Shown here piece by piece: positions 1 to 8,781 of a DNA stretch of 64,000 bases. How positions within the stretch are numbered: position 1 is the first letter of the stretch; each line of letters starts with the position of its first letter. The DNA is from Acutalibacteraceae bacterium (GTDB lineage Bacteria > Bacillota > Clostridia > Oscillospirales > Acutalibacteraceae). The notes beneath the pieces are model-generated. The model was given only the letters and a program-made list of their open reading frames with translations, had not been told where the DNA came from and searched no databases. The translations under genes and the position numbers were made by a program. The stretch covers positions 7,987 to 71,986 of the forward strand of contig JAZNUN010000083.1 of NCBI GenBank assembly GCA_045592345.1, written 5' to 3'.

Positions 1-572
1 GCCCCGTGGGATAGGATATAGGCTTTATCGTCGGTCTTCTCCACGTATTTCTGCAGCACCATCAGGAAGGTAGCGGCGTAAGAATCGGTGGAGTCGTAGG
101 ATTGTTTACCATCCAAGTAGAGGATCTCCTCTTTGACCACGGTGCCGTCTTCCACGGTAATGTTGTAGTCATAGATAGTGCCGTCCACCCCGTTATAGTC
201 GGTGTCGGCGGTATTGAGATGGGCAAAGTGCCAGTCCATATACGCCTTAACGTTGGCGGCATATTTGTCAGCCTGATTGAGCAGGGACAGCGCCGCAAAA
301 TCCGAAAAATAAGGGGTCACCTTGACCCTACCGTCGCTAATGGGGGTCATGGGCATAGCGCCGTTGGACAGCTGTATATCCGCCAGCCATTGGTTCTCGG
401 TATCCACGATGTTTTGGTATCGTGCCACTTCGCTCGCCTCCAATCGGACGGTAGGTTTGGTTGTGGTCGTAGTGGTTGTGGTGGCATCGCTACTGTTTCC
501 GTTGCCTGCGGCAGGGCCGCAGGAGGTCAGCAGCAGCACAGAGGCCAGACACACCGCCAGTGCGCGTTTCAT
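1..572 (-). CDS. Lipoprotein of unknown function; C-terminus runs off the left window edge (last visible gene of the uptake operon)
   Basis: Hand translation of the minus strand from ATG 572-570 is stop-free to position 1: MKRALAVCLASVLLLTSCGPAAGNGNSSDATTTTTTTTKPTVRLEASEV... It has a lipobox (LLTSC) and a Thr-rich linker. It is missing from the ORF track because it has no stop in the window. It starts 5 nt after the upstream permease stop. Confidence 0.75.
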   Translation of the reverse strand, partial: MKRALAVCLASVLLLTSCGPAAGNGNSSDATTTTTTTTKPTVRLEASEVARYQNIVDTENQWLADIQLSNGAMPMTPISDGRVKVTPYFSDFAALSLLNQADKYAANVKAYMDWHFAHLNTADTDYNGVDGTIYDYNITVEDGTVVKEEILYLDGKQSYDSTDSYAATFLMVLQKYVEKTDDKAYILSHG

Positions 573-577
573 AGCCA

Positions 578-1498
578 TCACCCCACGATACCGGTGCGCT
601 CGATACCCTCGGTAAAGTGCTTCTGCACCAGAATGTAGATGGCGGTGATGGGCAGCACCATGATCAGACAGGCAGCTGCCAAAATGGATCCCTTCAGCAG
701 TTTCAGGTCGGTGCTGATCGACTGACCGGTGAGGTACTGCAGACTGGTTTCCAGAGCGGCGCCTACCGAGGTGACCGCCACGGACAGGGGATAGTTGCCG
801 TTGAGCAGCATACCGATGGTAGAGGAATCGTTGTAATACCACACCAGCGACAGCACCGATACGGTGAGGATGGCAGGCTTGATATTGGGCACCATGATCC
901 GTATAAAGGTCTGGAAGGGGTTACATCCGTCGATAAAGGCGGCCTCCTCCAATTCTTTGGGCATAGTGCGGAAGAACTGTCGGATAATGAAGATGTACAG
1001 CGCAGAGCGGATGCCCACGCCCAACAGTGCTTGAATGTAGAACTGCCATACGGTGTTGACCAGTTTCAGTTTGCTCATCAGCACGTATACGGGGATGATG
1101 TAGCAGTCCGTAGGCACGATGATGTTGAACAGCAGGATGGCAAACAGAACCCCTAATCCGGGCACCTTGAATCGGGCAAAGCCGTAGGCGATAAACACGC
1201 AGGATACCACCTGTAGTGCCACGCAGGGCAATACGATGGTGATGGTGCTCTTCAGTGCCTCGCCGTATTTCATCAGTTCAAACGCCTTTTGGAAGTTGAA
1301 CCAGTTAAGCCCTGACGGGAGCCACACTACGGTGGCGTCCAGCGTGTCGGATACGGACATAAACGAGGACGAGATCATCAGCAGCATCGGGTATAGGGTC
1401 ACATAACCCACACCCAGCAGGAAGATGGTGCGGAGAAATCCGCCGCCTGCCTTATACAACCGTTTTTTTAGTAATACAGATCGTCTGGAACGGTCCAT
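578..1498 (-). CDS. Carbohydrate ABC transporter permease (MalG-like)
   Basis: 306-aa polytopic ORF with an EAA-type loop (ELEEAAFIDGCNPFQTFIRIMVPNIKPA). SD GGAGG lies upstream of ATG 1498. Confidence 0.9.
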   Translation of the reverse strand: MDRSRRSVLLKKRLYKAGGGFLRTIFLLGVGYVTLYPMLLMISSSFMSVSDTLDATVVWLPSGLNWFNFQKAFELMKYGEALKSTITIVLPCVALQVVSCVFIAYGFARFKVPGLGVLFAILLFNIIVPTDCYIIPVYVLMSKLKLVNTVWQFYIQALLGVGIRSALYIFIIRQFFRTMPKELEEAAFIDGCNPFQTFIRIMVPNIKPAILTVSVLSLVWYYNDSSTIGMLLNGNYPLSVAVTSVGAALETSLQYLTGQSISTDLKLLKGSILAAACLIMVLPITAIYILVQKHFTEGIERTGIVG

Positions 1499-1522
1499 GG
1501 GCCTTTCCTCCTTTCCGGATGT

Positions 1523-2425
1523 TTATTCAGCCGAGTAGAATGCAACACGGGACATAATCCAGCTGACCAGTCCCACCACTGCCAATACGCACACACAGTA
1601 GATAACACCCACCGTGGCGCTGTAGGAGTAGTTGTTGTTGGAATAGTAGTAGTTGATGGTGCGGATGATGACGTTGTCATAATCCGTAAAGCAATCGATG
1701 AGGGTATATATGATGACCACCACCAGAGTGGGGGACATGGTGGGCAGCGTGATCTTCCAGAATTTCTCCCAGCCGGTGGCACCCTCCATCATTGCCACCT
1801 CATAGAAGCTGGTGGGGATGCTGTTCAGGGCGGCCAGCAGTAGCAGAATCTGCACGCCGGACTTCCACATCAGGTCAAAGATCTCATTGATGATGGTGGT
1901 GATGCTCTCCAGCACCTTTGTCGGCACACCCAGATCGGCGAACACCAGGGTCAGATCGGGTGCCTGGAACATATAGGATGCGCCGGCCTCGGCAGCCGCC
2001 GTGGCACTGCCGCCCATCATCACCTGATCCTGCAGGATGCTGATAACAGGGCCGGAGGCGATGATAACAGGCAGGAAGAACACTGCACGGGCCAAGCCCC
2101 GCAGGGGGAACTCCTGCCGCAATAGCAGGGCGATCATGGTGCTGAAGGTGATGATCAGCAGGGTGCTAGGTATCGTCTCGATCATAGCGGTGGCCAGATC
2201 CTGCAGGAACAGAGCATCCTTAAAGAAATCCAGATAGTTGGCGGTGCCCACAAAGGTGGTCTCAAAGCCGCGTCCGCCCACCGTCAGTTTACTGAATGAG
2301 TAGATACCGGTTTGAATCATAGGCCACAGAAAGAAGATGGCGATGCCTACGATCCACGGGGCCAAAAAGACCCAACCCCAACGGGTGCGCTGTTTTTCCA
2401 GGGAGCGGAATCCTTGTTTTTTCAT
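1523..2425 (-). CDS. Sugar ABC transporter permease (MalF-like)
   Basis: 300-aa polytopic ORF with an EAA-type loop (YEVAMMEGATGWEKFWKITLPTMSP). SD AAAGGAGG lies upstream. Confidence 0.9.
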   Translation of the reverse strand: MKKQGFRSLEKQRTRWGWVFLAPWIVGIAIFFLWPMIQTGIYSFSKLTVGGRGFETTFVGTANYLDFFKDALFLQDLATAMIETIPSTLLIITFSTMIALLLRQEFPLRGLARAVFFLPVIIASGPVISILQDQVMMGGSATAAAEAGASYMFQAPDLTLVFADLGVPTKVLESITTIINEIFDLMWKSGVQILLLLAALNSIPTSFYEVAMMEGATGWEKFWKITLPTMSPTLVVVIIYTLIDCFTDYDNVIIRTINYYYSNNNYSYSATVGVIYCVCVLAVVGLVSWIMSRVAFYSAE

Positions 2426-2449
2426 GGAGTCGTCCTCCTTTCGTGTGGA

Positions 2450-4705
2450 TTAATAGCCGCCGGTGATATAATCGCTCGGCGATACGGTGATACCGTCCGC
2501 GGTGTACGGGGTGTCGGTATAGTTCACGATAGCCCAGGCGCCCCCCTCAAAATCGGTGCGGTAGACACCCTCGGCCAGTTGGGTATGGTTGGTGATAGCC
2601 TTGCCGCTGACCGCCGCCAAATAGGGGGCAATGGCGGTCTGCTGCTGGGCGGCCACGTCCAGCCAATCCGCGGCATTGATGTAGTTATACTGCTCGCCGG
2701 CGGTATTTTTCAGCCGGTCGGTGTTGCGCCATCCCAGCGTATAGGTCAGTCCGATACCGTTCTCCACCGCCTGCAATACGCGGATGTTACCCTCGGCGTC
2801 GTTGACGGGGGCCACGCTCATATCCACCAAACCGTGGAGGGCGATGGCATAGAAGGGTACGGCGCGCTCCTCGCACAGATAGCGGCTGTGCTCGGTGGGA
2901 ACACTCTGTACGGTAGAGGTATAGGGGAGTGCGTAAGCGTTAGCCGCGGTGAGTAGCAGACCGTCCTTACTCTGCGCGGCGACATCGGCGATGGTCTTCT
3001 CCCACAGTGCCTGAGCAGAGCCACGGTCAATAGGCTCGTCGCCGAAGTGGGAGTAGATCTCCTCGCCCATACTGCCCAGTGCCAGACCGCTCATACCGGC
3101 GGACTGCCACTTAGTATAGGCTTTGGTCCAGCGGCTGACCAGGTCGGTTAGCTTAGAGGGACTCAGCAGGAACACCTTATCCGCTTTGCCGTTGGCGCGG
3201 TAGGTGCTGATGTAGAAGTTCTGCCGCATCAGCGGCTCTTTTTTTACGTTCTGAGAGGTAGAATACAGGGTGGTATATCCCTTCTGATTCTGCATCAGAT
3301 CGGTAAAGTTCAGATTAAAATATACCTTGGTGCCGTCGGTCAGACCATCCAGCAGTTTTTTCAGTCCGGACTTACCGCCCAGGCGGCTCTCCGCCTTCAT
3401 ATCCGCGGTCAGACGGCTCTGGGTACCGAACTTATCCCAATAGAGATAGTCCAGGGACAGGCTCTGCACACCGCGGTCTTTCAGGGCGGCGATGAGGGAG
3501 AGGGTATCCTCATAGGAGGTAACGGGGAGCACTCGATTGACGGGAATACCCAGAATATTCTCTTCGTGCATCACGCCGCCCACCACCTGCACCTGCAGGG
3601 CAGAGGAGGAAGCGTCGGCGGTCATACCCTTTTCCTCCATCAGATACTGACGGTAGGTGTTGGCCATACCCACGTAGTCGGCGGTAGCCGGCATACGGTA
3701 TTCCACCGTGAATTTCTCCAGAGCGCAGTGCTCCGGCTCAAACATATTGGCCTGGGTGGAGTCAAAGGTCTGCTGGCTGATCTCCACCATCAGACGCTCA
3801 CGATAGATGAACTCTACGCCCACGGAGGTAAAGGGATTGCGGCTGTCCGGCATCAGGGCGGATACACGGGCGCGGGCGTCACCGGAGGTGATGATGCCCA
3901 GCACCGCCGCCTTGGTGTCGGTGACACCGAACACGGGCAACCGCGCGATCTGGGTGGGGGCGGAGCCGGTGGTCTTACCCACTGCGGCATCCTCGCCGTA
4001 GATGCGCTGGCTATAGTTGGATTGGCCGTAGGCGAAGGGGATGATAGCACCGCTGCCGTCGGGAACCAGCGCATAACCGCCGGTGCCTACCATACCTGCG
4101 CCGAAGTTGGGCAGGGGCAGGATCTCGGTCAGCTTACTGGATTTCGACGCCTCTTGAATATCCGCCAGCGGCACCGATGCGTTCAGGCCGTTGGGGGTCA
4201 GGGTCACCTCTAAGGGGATCAAAAAGCCCTCGTTGGCGAAATAGAAATCAAAGCGCACCCCGTTCTCGATTGCCTTGGCGGCAAAGTTCTTACGGGCCAC
4301 ACTACCGGTAGAACCGTACACCAAGGTGTTCAGTGAATCGCGGTTGGCGTAGCGGAAATTCAGCAGGGAGGACAGCTCCTGTCGCTCCTTGTTCTTGAGG
4401 TCGGTCATATCATCCATCCCCAAGGGGCGGCTGCTCACCACGGCGCCGTCGGCTTTACGCTCCAAACGGATTTCGGGGTCACACAGGTTGGCGTACAGAA
4501 TGTAGGTGTCGTTCTCCGCCATCTTCTGCAGTTGGTCTACGGTACCCACCTGTTGGGTAAAGGAGATCGGGGTCTTCTCTTCTTTTTGCACGGCATCCAG
4601 ATCCGCTGTATCTGAGGCGTGGGACAGCATCACCGCCACCAGAGCCACCGCCGCTAAACCGGCGCCGATACGAAGGGCGACAGGAAGCCATTTCAACTTT
4701 TTCAT
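2450..4705 (-). CDS. Membrane-anchored extracellular protein of unknown function (possibly DUF5696-like; candidate glycan-active protein)
   Basis: 751-aa ORF with SD AAGGAGG upstream and an N-terminal anchor helix (LPVALRIGAGLAAVALVAVML). I recognise no CAZyme motif. The DUF5696 idea comes from memory of similar loci and is unverified. Confidence 0.8.
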   Translation of the reverse strand: MKKLKWLPVALRIGAGLAAVALVAVMLSHASDTADLDAVQKEEKTPISFTQQVGTVDQLQKMAENDTYILYANLCDPEIRLERKADGAVVSSRPLGMDDMTDLKNKERQELSSLLNFRYANRDSLNTLVYGSTGSVARKNFAAKAIENGVRFDFYFANEGFLIPLEVTLTPNGLNASVPLADIQEASKSSKLTEILPLPNFGAGMVGTGGYALVPDGSGAIIPFAYGQSNYSQRIYGEDAAVGKTTGSAPTQIARLPVFGVTDTKAAVLGIITSGDARARVSALMPDSRNPFTSVGVEFIYRERLMVEISQQTFDSTQANMFEPEHCALEKFTVEYRMPATADYVGMANTYRQYLMEEKGMTADASSSALQVQVVGGVMHEENILGIPVNRVLPVTSYEDTLSLIAALKDRGVQSLSLDYLYWDKFGTQSRLTADMKAESRLGGKSGLKKLLDGLTDGTKVYFNLNFTDLMQNQKGYTTLYSTSQNVKKEPLMRQNFYISTYRANGKADKVFLLSPSKLTDLVSRWTKAYTKWQSAGMSGLALGSMGEEIYSHFGDEPIDRGSAQALWEKTIADVAAQSKDGLLLTAANAYALPYTSTVQSVPTEHSRYLCEERAVPFYAIALHGLVDMSVAPVNDAEGNIRVLQAVENGIGLTYTLGWRNTDRLKNTAGEQYNYINAADWLDVAAQQQTAIAPYLAAVSGKAITNHTQLAEGVYRTDFEGGAWAIVNYTDTPYTADGITVSPSDYITGGY

Positions 4706-4735
4706 ACCGATCCCCTCCTTTCATTATAAGGATAA

Positions 4736-6835
4736 TTAGTGTAGTCTGAATTCACTGTACAGGGTGCTGATAAAGGTCAGCAGTTGGGCGAACAGGCTGT
4801 AGCCGATGGTGATCAGCAACAACAGCAGATAAATGCCCAGCACCGAGCCGCCCAACAGCAACACGGTCTTGCCGGAGGTGTACTGGTGCACCTCACGGGT
4901 GGACATAAAGATGTGTATCGCGGTCCAAGCATAGGCCACCACCCACATCACACCGATAAAGGCGGCCTCTTCCAGGGCAAACATATGGGTCAGACCGGTG
5001 ATAACCAACGTGCAGATGGAATAGGGGATGAGGGCGTAGGAGGTAAAGACGAAGATCTCTTTCAGCTTACCCTCGCCGTCCGCCAGGGTGCTCACCGACC
5101 AGTTACACAGCACAAACAGCAGGAACAGTCCTAAGGTGGTACCTAAAGTGAGGAAAATATTGAAGTTTTCCTTTACACCGTTTATGAAATGGAAGGCGGT
5201 GAACTGCTCCTTTACCACACCGGAGAAGAAGAACAGGAATAGGCTGACACAGGCCAGCAGGATAGAACCCTTTTTCTCCACCTTCAGCTCATAATACGCC
5301 TTAAAGGGATGCATCAGGCAGTACAGGGGATACCGCCATTTGCTGACCTGGATGTTATACTCGTTTACCTGACGGCGCTCCGACCACTTGGTCAGCACCA
5401 CCGCGCCTAACAGAAGCAGTACCACGCCGCCCAGAATCCACGGGAAATTGGCGCGTACCGACTCGTCTCGCAACTCTGCGAAGCAGGCGGAGTAACTGGC
5501 CTTGTCGTTACCGATCTGGTAGTACCGCATAGCGGTCTCGCGGTCGCCCTCCGCCTCATAGGCGGCACCCAGACCCACGTTAGCCAGTTCGTAGTAGGTA
5601 TCGGTCTTCAGCACCTCCCGCCAGTAGGGACCGGCTTCGGTATACAGACCGTTGTTATACAGTACGGTGGCGGCACGGACGTTGCGGGCAAAGGCGGTGG
5701 GGGACATCACGGTGACAGAGCCGTTGTCCTGATCCAGCACCAGCAGATTGCCGTTGCAGGTCTCGATGGCTACGGGGGAGTTAAAGTTGCCGTAGCGGGT
5801 ACCGTTGCCGCCGAAGGCGTACAGCAGATTGGAGTTTTCGTCGTACTGGAGTAGACGCTTATAGGTGTGGTCCAGCACCGTGACGAAGCCGTCGTCCTCC
5901 GCCACCAGATCAATGAGCGCAGAGGTGACGGTGATATTGTTGGTGGAGTCAAACCAAGTGTCCAGATCGCCGAACTGAGCCAATTCCTTATTGGAGTTGA
6001 ACATAATGTTGGTACCCAGTGTATTCAGCTTACGCACCTGACCTACGCCGGCGTCGATCTCACTGCTTTTCAGGGTGAAGATGAAGTTTCCGGAATCGAT
6101 GTCCAGCCGCTTGATGGAGGTGGGCACGTTACGTTTCAGACCGGCGGTGGCCTCTTCGGATAGCAGTTTTTTCCACAATTCGTTAATCAGCACCTCAGCG
6201 GTGACAGTCACCTGCTCAGCGCCGAAATAGCCTAAGTACTCGTAGGTCTCGCTGTATTGGAGAGCACCGTTCTCCGAGCCGTCGGACACCACGTAGATGA
6301 TGCCGGCGGTATCCACCACCACGCTGATGGGGGTGTACTTAAAGGTTTCCTCCACCTTGTCGGCGGGGGGCGCCTGGATCTCGCCAAAGACAGCACCTTG
6401 GGCGTCGGCTACGTATACCACACCGCTGTCGTCAAAGGCTGATTTATCCGCAACATAGAGGTTGCCGTCGGCGGTGACGAACAGACCCTGTGCATCAGCG
6501 AATGCCAGGGGCTGACCGCCTTTGGTAAAGCGCACCTCACGGAGATAGACACCCTCTGCGTTCAGCACCGCCACGCGGTTGTTACCGGCATCCAGAATGT
6601 ATATCTCCTTGTTGTTCAGTACGAAAATATCGGTGGGATTTTTCAGTGCCGTACCGCCGTAGGTCTCGGCCCCTACCAGATAGTCGATGGCCGTGTATGG
6701 CTCGGATACGGACATGGCGTTATCCCAGGAATCGTACACATATGAGTTGGAGGTGCCCTCGGCGTACACCATCACGCCCGAGCCGATCAGAATCAAGCAC
6801 AGCAGCACGGACAGCAGTGTTTTCAGTTGTTTCAT
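4736..6835 (-). CDS. Signal peptide + NHL-type beta-propeller + TPR-like segment + C-terminal Yip1-type polytopic membrane domain
   Basis: Start placed at ATG 6835 (SD AAAGGAG about 9 nt upstream; signal MKQLKTLLSVLLCLILIGSGVMVYA); the longest ORF reaches 6880. NHL-like blades are present (IYILDAGNNRVAVL, LYVADK, IYVVSDG, VTVLDHTYKRLLQYD, LLVLDQDNGSVTVM). The last ~230 aa contain several hydrophobic helices. Confidence 0.8.
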   Translation of the reverse strand: MKQLKTLLSVLLCLILIGSGVMVYAEGTSNSYVYDSWDNAMSVSEPYTAIDYLVGAETYGGTALKNPTDIFVLNNKEIYILDAGNNRVAVLNAEGVYLREVRFTKGGQPLAFADAQGLFVTADGNLYVADKSAFDDSGVVYVADAQGAVFGEIQAPPADKVEETFKYTPISVVVDTAGIIYVVSDGSENGALQYSETYEYLGYFGAEQVTVTAEVLINELWKKLLSEEATAGLKRNVPTSIKRLDIDSGNFIFTLKSSEIDAGVGQVRKLNTLGTNIMFNSNKELAQFGDLDTWFDSTNNITVTSALIDLVAEDDGFVTVLDHTYKRLLQYDENSNLLYAFGGNGTRYGNFNSPVAIETCNGNLLVLDQDNGSVTVMSPTAFARNVRAATVLYNNGLYTEAGPYWREVLKTDTYYELANVGLGAAYEAEGDRETAMRYYQIGNDKASYSACFAELRDESVRANFPWILGGVVLLLLGAVVLTKWSERRQVNEYNIQVSKWRYPLYCLMHPFKAYYELKVEKKGSILLACVSLFLFFFSGVVKEQFTAFHFINGVKENFNIFLTLGTTLGLFLLFVLCNWSVSTLADGEGKLKEIFVFTSYALIPYSICTLVITGLTHMFALEEAAFIGVMWVVAYAWTAIHIFMSTREVHQYTSGKTVLLLGGSVLGIYLLLLLITIGYSLFAQLLTFISTLYSEFRLH

Positions 6836-6876
6836 TCCGATCCACTCCTTTCGGTATAGTTGTTTCATAGGAATTA

Positions 6877-7758
6877 TCAATCCTTCATACCGGAGGTGGA
6901 CATGGTCTCCACCACCTGATTCTGACAGCAGATAAACAGCACCAGCGGGGGAATCATCAGGATCAGACCCATGACGGAGCCCACACCGGAGCGGGCAGTA
7001 CCGCCGGCCACCACCTGAGACAGCAACGAGGAGATCATCTTGATCTTATCGTCGTAGATCAGGGTGGTGCTGATGGTGGCACCGCTGGAGTTCCACACTG
7101 TCTGGAAGGCAAAGATCATCACCGTCAGCCAGGCGGGCTTGATGTTGGGCATCACGATCTTGGAGTAGATGTTGAATTCGTTGGCACCGTCGATACGGGC
7201 GGCCTCCAGCATAGCCTCGGGCACCTGCATCATAAAGTTCTGCATCAGGTACAGACCTAACGCAGACTGTGCCTGGGGCAGGATAAACGCCCAGTAGGTG
7301 TCGATGATATGGATTTTGGACATAACGATATACTGGGGGATCAGCATCAGCGCCGTGGTGAACAGCAGGGACAGACGCACCACGCTGCTGATGATGCCAC
7401 GGCCGGTGAAATTCAGCCGCGCCAGCGGGTACGCCGCCAGGCTGGACAGCAACAGATGACCGAAGGTGACCACCGAGCAGATAAACACCGTGTTAAATAC
7501 GTATCGGGAGAAGGGAATCCAGAAATCCTCCAACAACAGACTGATCTGCAGGAAGTTTTCCAGGGTAGGACTGTGCGGGAAGAAGTGAGGCGGGAATACA
7601 TAAATTTCACTGATGGGCTTAAATGCGGTGCTGGTGGTATATACGATGGGCAACAGCATAAACGCCGACATCAGCGCCACCAGAATAAAGATAACGATGT
7701 TACCGCCCAAAGAACGGTTCAGTTTTTTGGCTTTGACCCGCAGTTTGACGTCACTCAT
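6877..7758 (-). CDS. Carbohydrate ABC transporter permease (MalG-like)
   Basis: 293-aa polytopic ORF with an EAA loop (MLEAARIDGANEFNIYSKIVMPNIKPA) and SD AAAGGAGGAGG upstream. Confidence 0.9.
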   Translation of the reverse strand: MSDVKLRVKAKKLNRSLGGNIVIFILVALMSAFMLLPIVYTTSTAFKPISEIYVFPPHFFPHSPTLENFLQISLLLEDFWIPFSRYVFNTVFICSVVTFGHLLLSSLAAYPLARLNFTGRGIISSVVRLSLLFTTALMLIPQYIVMSKIHIIDTYWAFILPQAQSALGLYLMQNFMMQVPEAMLEAARIDGANEFNIYSKIVMPNIKPAWLTVMIFAFQTVWNSSGATISTTLIYDDKIKMISSLLSQVVAGGTARSGVGSVMGLILMIPPLVLFICCQNQVVETMSTSGMKD

Positions 7759-7834
7759 TCCAAACCTCCTCCTTTCATATAGAATAGCGTTAATTTATAG
7801 GTTTGCGCCCCGATGGGGCGGTATCCGCCGCCCA

Positions 7835-8755
7835 TCAGCCTGCGCTGAAACGACGGAGCAGATGGGTGATGATGAAGTTGACAAACACCATCATCAGGAA
7901 CAGGAAGGTGGCGATGGCAGAGGCATAGCCCATCTCAAAGCGCACCGTACCCACGTCCAGCATATAGGTCAGCAGGGTATCCGCCGCATAGTTGGTGGTG
8001 GGGAAACCTGCCAGAGCCTGCACGATCTGACCCACAGAGAAACAGGCACCGATCTGCTGCACCGCACTGAATATCAGCTGGGGAGCCATAGAGGGCAGGG
8101 TGATATACCACAGCTCCTGCCAGCGGTTATGAACACCGTCGATGGCGCCGGCCTCGGACAGGCTGCGGTCCATATTCTGGAATCCGGCGATAAACGCCAA
8201 GAAGCTGACACCGAAGCTGGACCACAACTGGATGATGATCAGACACCCCATCATCGTCTTGGGGTCGCTCAGCCACTGCACCGGCGCATCCTCCAGACCC
8301 AGATTCAGCAGAATACTGTTCAGAATACCGTAACGGTCACCGGAGAACACGTAGGTCCAGGTGAAGTACAGGTTACCGGTCAGGGTGGGGGAATAGAACG
8401 CCAGCGTGAAGAAAGAACGGATGGCGGGGGGGAACTCGTTGATCAGCCACGCGCTGAGGAACGAGATACAATAGCTGACGGGACCGGTGATCAGAGCGAA
8501 CAGCAGGGTGTTTTTCAGCACCTTGGGAAAGACGTCGTCATCCAGGAACATCCGCGCATAGTTTTCCAAGCCGATAAACTTGGGTGCCTCCAGCATATTG
8601 AAGTAGGTAAAACTCAAGGCGATGGCGGTGATCACGGGGATGACCGTCAGGATGAGGAACAGGATCATATAGGGGGCCATCATGGCATAGGCAGTCTTAT
8701 TGATCGCCACTTGGGATGCCATCAATCGGCGGGGACGCCGTTGGATATTGGCCAT
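7835..8755 (-). CDS. Sugar ABC transporter permease (MalF-like)
   Basis: 306-aa polytopic ORF with an EAA loop (LSEAGAIDGVHNRWQELWYITLPSMAP) and SD AAAGGAG upstream. Confidence 0.9.
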   Translation of the reverse strand: MANIQRRPRRLMASQVAINKTAYAMMAPYMILFLILTVIPVITAIALSFTYFNMLEAPKFIGLENYARMFLDDDVFPKVLKNTLLFALITGPVSYCISFLSAWLINEFPPAIRSFFTLAFYSPTLTGNLYFTWTYVFSGDRYGILNSILLNLGLEDAPVQWLSDPKTMMGCLIIIQLWSSFGVSFLAFIAGFQNMDRSLSEAGAIDGVHNRWQELWYITLPSMAPQLIFSAVQQIGACFSVGQIVQALAGFPTTNYAADTLLTYMLDVGTVRFEMGYASAIATFLFLMMVFVNFIITHLLRRFSAG

Positions 8756-8781
8756 TATTCCTCACTCCTTTCTATGATTTC

